The notes under the pieces: generated by a model
Seen by the model: the letters and a program-made list of their open reading frames with translations, nothing else
The model's database searches: none
What the model was told of the DNA's origin: nothing
Shown: positions 59,719-64,000 of the stretch, piece by piece
Layout of the letters: every line of letters starts with the position of its first letter
Numbering within the stretch: the stretch's first letter is position 1
Position numbers and translations under genes: made by a program
Source: Mobula hypostoma
Taxonomy: Eukaryota
Length of the DNA: 64,000 nucleotides
Assembly: GCF_963921235.1 (NCBI RefSeq)
Contig: NC_086097.1
Location: 107,262,001-107,326,000 of the forward strand
Reading direction: 5' to 3'

Positions 59719-62254
59719 GCCTAATGTATCTGCCTCTACACCACCCCGGCAGCATGTTCCACACAGCCACCACCCTCAGTGAAACAACTTACTTCTGACA
59801 TCCCCCTATATTTTCCTTCAATCATTTTAAAATTATGTCCAACATATTGGCCATTTCTGCCCTGGGAAAAAGTCACTGGCTGTCCACTCCATCTATGCCA
59901 CTTATCATCATGTACACCTCTATCAATACACTTTTCATCCTCCTTTGCTCCAAAGAGAAAAACCACATTCATTCAGACTTTCCTTGGATATGCTCTCTAA
60001 ACCAGTCAGCATTCTAGCTGACCTGCACCCTCTCGAAAGCTTTTACATCCTTCCTATAATGAGGCAACAATAACTGAACACAACGCTTTAAGTGTGGCTA
60101 CAGAGCTGAAACATATCCCATGGTTCTTACACTGAGTCCTCTGATTAGTGAAGCCAAGCACACCATATGCCTTCTTAACTACCTTATCAATTACCCTTGG
60201 GGGGCAATTTTGAGGGTTCTATGGATGTGGATTCCTCCATGCTACTAAAAGTTCTACCATTAATCCTCTACTCAGTCTTCAGATTCAACCTTCAAGTGAA
60301 TCACTTCACACTTTTTCAGATTGAACTCTATATGCCACTTCTCAGCCCAGCTCTGCATCCTATTAATGTCTGATTGTAACTTATGGGAATCTCCTACACT
60401 ACTCACAACATCACCAACATTTGTGTCATCTATAAACTTTCCACCTTTCCACCTCTTCATCCAGGTCATTTATAAAAATGACAAAGAGCTGGGCTCCCAG
60501 AACAAAATAGATCCCTGGGATCACCAGGCAGAATATGCTCCCTCTACTACCACCCTCCTCCTTCTGAGGGGAAGCCAATTCTGAATCCATAGAGACATGT
60601 TTCCTTTGATCCCATGCCTCCTGACTTTCTCAATGACCCTACAATGGGGAATGCCTTTCTAAAATCCAAATAAACCACTTCCACTACTATACTTGTCTCA
60701 ATTCGTTTTGTCACTTCTTCAAATAATTCAGTCAGGCTGGTAAGGCATGTCCTGACAAAGCCCTGCTGACTATCCCTAATCAGACTATGGTTCTTCAAAC
60801 TTTTGTAAATCCCGTCTCTAAGAGTCCTCTCCAATAGTTTGCCCATCACTGACATAAGACTCTCCTGGCTATAATTCCCAGGATTATTTGTATTGTCTTT
60901 CTTGAACAAATGAATAACAATTCTCACCATCTGATCTTCTGGTATTACTCCTTTTGTGGCCAGTGACGACACAAAAATAATTGCCAAAGGCACAGCAATC
61001 TCCTCCCTCACTTTCCATTGTAAGCTACAATATGTCCCATCTGGCTCTGGGGACCGATGTTTCTCATGTTTTTCAAAATTTCCAGCACATCCTCTTTCTT
61101 AACGAAGAACATTTCCAGAATATCAACCAGTTTATGCTGTCTCTGCATTTGTCACTGGTGAATACTGAAGCTAAGTATTTATTAAGGACTCACGTACTCC
61201 TCCAACTCCAGGTAGATATTTCCTCTTTTATCCCTGATCGGTGCTCACCCACTTCATTCATCCTCCTGTTCTTCACATATGTGTGGTACTCCTTGGGGTT
61301 TCCCTTAAAATTACAAGCTTTGACCTTCTTGTGTTCTTTTCTAGCTTTAAAAAATCCCTTCTTAAGCACTTCTTGGCTAACTTATAACTCTCAAGAACCA
61401 CGTTTGATCCTTGCTTCCTGAAGTATACTTCTTTCTTTTCTTGACTAGATTTTCCACATCCCTTGTCAACTATGGCTCCTTAACCCTACCATCCTTTCCC
61501 TGCCTCATCAGGGCATACCTACCTAAAACCCCATGCAAGTGCTCCCTAAACAACCTCCACATTTCTGTTGTGCATTTTCTTGAGAATATCTGCAATTGGC
61601 TTTCCTACCAAATAGTATCATAATTCACCTTCAGTGATTTAAATACTTTCCCAGACCATCTGCTCCCATCCCTGTTCAAGGCTATATTTTTGTGTACCTT
61701 CAGACTTTTGGACAAAATCAGCTGATAGATGCCCACAAAACCAGAACCCACTCATTACCCTGAGATGGCCTGACTATTTCAGTAATCTCATCTCCTAATC
61801 AACATACAACCATGAACTATGCACAGACCTAGAGCAAGAAGACTTGGTCTGGTGTAGAAATAGCTATTGATAGCTGTAGGTATCAGATAAAAGCAAAAAT
61901 ATTCTTTGAAATTTCTTTTACAACCCTTATCAGTTCTGGAGACCTGTTGTTATCTCCAGGACAGGTAAGTGTTGTAAAATACCTTTAAAGAAAGTTATGC
62001 TGTCAAATACATAAAATATGTCATAATTGCATGCATTTTAAATATGGAAATCATTTTGACTTGTTGTTCAAAAGAAATCTGGATAGAGAGAAGGCTATTA
62101 ATAGACTAATATTCCTATCTTCATATACCTGACTAAAAATATCAGTCTGGTTAATTAAGTGTAGATAATTCAAAACATGTTTCACACAAGTGGTTCTCTG
62201 GAATGCTTTGAATTGTCAGATTAGCCCATGCCACAATAACAGTGGGCACAGCTG

Positions 62255-62298
62255 TATTACATGGTAGTCTTCAAGATATTACATGGTAGTCTTCAAGA
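62255..62298. repeat. Perfect 22-bp tandem duplication
   Basis: TATTACATGGTAGTCTTCAAGA twice. Confidence 0.95.
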
Positions 62299-62756
62299 CT
62301 TAGCTGAGGCAAGACCAACAAACATGCCTGTCAAGAAATGGCAATGGTCAGTGGAGTATGGGCCCATATAAAGCATCTGCATATTCTTTAATTGGATGGG
62401 ATGTATTCATTCTGACACAATGCTCTTATTACCAGATGACTTGATTAGTAACAGTCTGTCATATCTGGGATCACACCCTGGGACAGCTCTGTCTATGGTG
62501 CAGCTCAGCAACACGAAAAGATAGATTAGATATCATCCTACCCCTGGAAATCTACTGTACCCAAACAATGGATTTACTGATGCTAAACACAGAAAGGTAG
62601 GTCTCAGCAATTCATAATTGAGCCTTTAAAGTTTCATTTATCACTGCTGTGTGCATAGCCAAGGCAGCATCCACAACCACTTCTGAAGCTATAAAAGGGT
62701 GCTGTGACAGTCCATCCCCTTTGCATTTCATTCAGACAGAAAATGGTCCAGATTTA

Positions 62757-63010
62757 TTCATTTATTGAGATACAGCACAGAATAGGCCCTTTAGGCCTTT
62801 GGAGAAGTGCCAATCAACAATCCCCTAATTTACCCCTGGGACAACTTACAATGACCAATTAACCTACCAACTGGGAGGAAACCAGAGCATCTGGAGGAAA
62901 GCCACTTGGGCATGGAGAGAATGTAAAAGCTCCTTACAGGCAGCAGTGGGACTTGGACCCAGGTCGCTGGTACTGTGAAGTGTTGTGCTAATCACTATGC
63001 CACCGTACTG
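62757..63010 (-). mobile_element. V-SINE
   Basis: Homologous to 9687-9947 and 31765-31927. Confidence 0.75.
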
Positions 63011-64000
63011 ACATTCAGTTTTGTATTGCTAACACTTGCACACAGCCTCCCCCATGCTGATGGACAACACCAGCTGATGTTCCTCAAACTCTGAACATTA
63101 CTGATCATAGTTCATCTTCATTGAAGCTCTAATGAGGATTGTTACCTTCAAAAGCAAAATCGCGTTCTTTCTTTAGAGATGCTGTCTTACCTGCAGAGTA
63201 TCTCCAGCAATTTATGTTTTTTTACTCCCACCTTTGGTCCATGACTGCATAATCTATGTGAATCTTACCAGTTAATTTTTATTGACTGTCTAGGTCCTAA
63301 TGAGCTTCTTCAAAGGAGAACTAATATATTTTCTTCAAAAAGGGCCAAGCAAATGAATCATTGCTAGTAACTCCACTGAAAGCATAACACAAAGTCTTCT
63401 TGCAATTTGAAAACAACTTCTATCTGCTCACATTATCCCTTCCGTGCTCCACTATGGATGCAGACAAGCAGGTGAAAGGCTATTTCCATTTAATAGTTGG
63501 GACAGTAGCTGACTGCAATGGAGTCGCGTTGTAAGCAGCATTGGACCTTCAAATGTCTCACTGGCAGCTCTTCTATGAGCTACTGAGCAGTTGCCTGGGT
63601 TAACTGGCTGTGGAGGAAGGAACAATGCAGACATCCGAAGGAGGACAGCATTTTCTAGCAGAGGAACATCACTTTTATTATCCTGGCACTTATTTAAAGC
63701 AGATGGTATAACTTGTATCACTGTCTGCAGAACCACAGCTGTAGAAAATTTATGCTCCAAAGGTAGTAATTTCAAAGGTTAAAGTACAAAAGTCAAAGAT
63801 TTAGCCCATCAAAAAAATCCAAGAATTATTCAGTCTCCTTCCACCATCCCTGCAAAGTCTATACTCTGCAGGTCACGCTTCCAAATACAAGTTAAGCTAG
63901 AGCTGTAGGGGGTTGGGAACCAGCTTGCCAGAACATTTAAAGGAGAGGATGTGCAAGCAGTTATTGGTAAGACAGCAGACAAAATTAGGAATTGAAAGGT

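Larger units (their letters stand above)
58183..61690 (-). mobile_element. Old CR1 interrupted by a hAT element
   Basis: Tail at 58183 resumes at 59719. RT fragments at 60272-61011. Confidence 0.8.

Noticed and set aside
63452..63775. 107-aa ORF in non-repeat DNA as a host exon
   Set aside because: TTG start, no recognisable domain and no convincing splice pair.

Overview
Repeat-dense vertebrate DNA with no recognisable host gene, rRNA, tRNA or CRISPR. The repeat mix (CR1 LINEs with an esterase-bearing ORF1, V-SINEs sharing the CR1 tail, Penelope-like elements, Rex1/Babar) suggests a cartilaginous fish; that is inference. The window is a nest of transposable elements. It holds many CR1 copies of several subfamilies, a decayed Gypsy element with two LTRs, a young solo LTR, and a 5'-intact but 3'-deleted L1. 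It also holds Penelope-like elements with minimal hammerhead ribozymes (one a two-armed inverted insertion), Rex1/Babar, RTE, Tc1, Buster-type hAT remnants and SINEs. The strongest unexpected signal is at the CR1 ORF1/ORF2 junction. All four junctions in the window, from divergent subfamilies, end ORF1 with T-TTA-AAC-stop followed by a G-rich tract. In the best-preserved copy ORF2 lies in the -1 frame and has no AUG for 210 codons, which points to programmed -1 ribosomal frameshifting. That copy also appears to have swapped its ORF1 module with another subfamily. All calls were made by eye. Boundaries of old elements are approximate, and novelty could not be checked against literature or databases.
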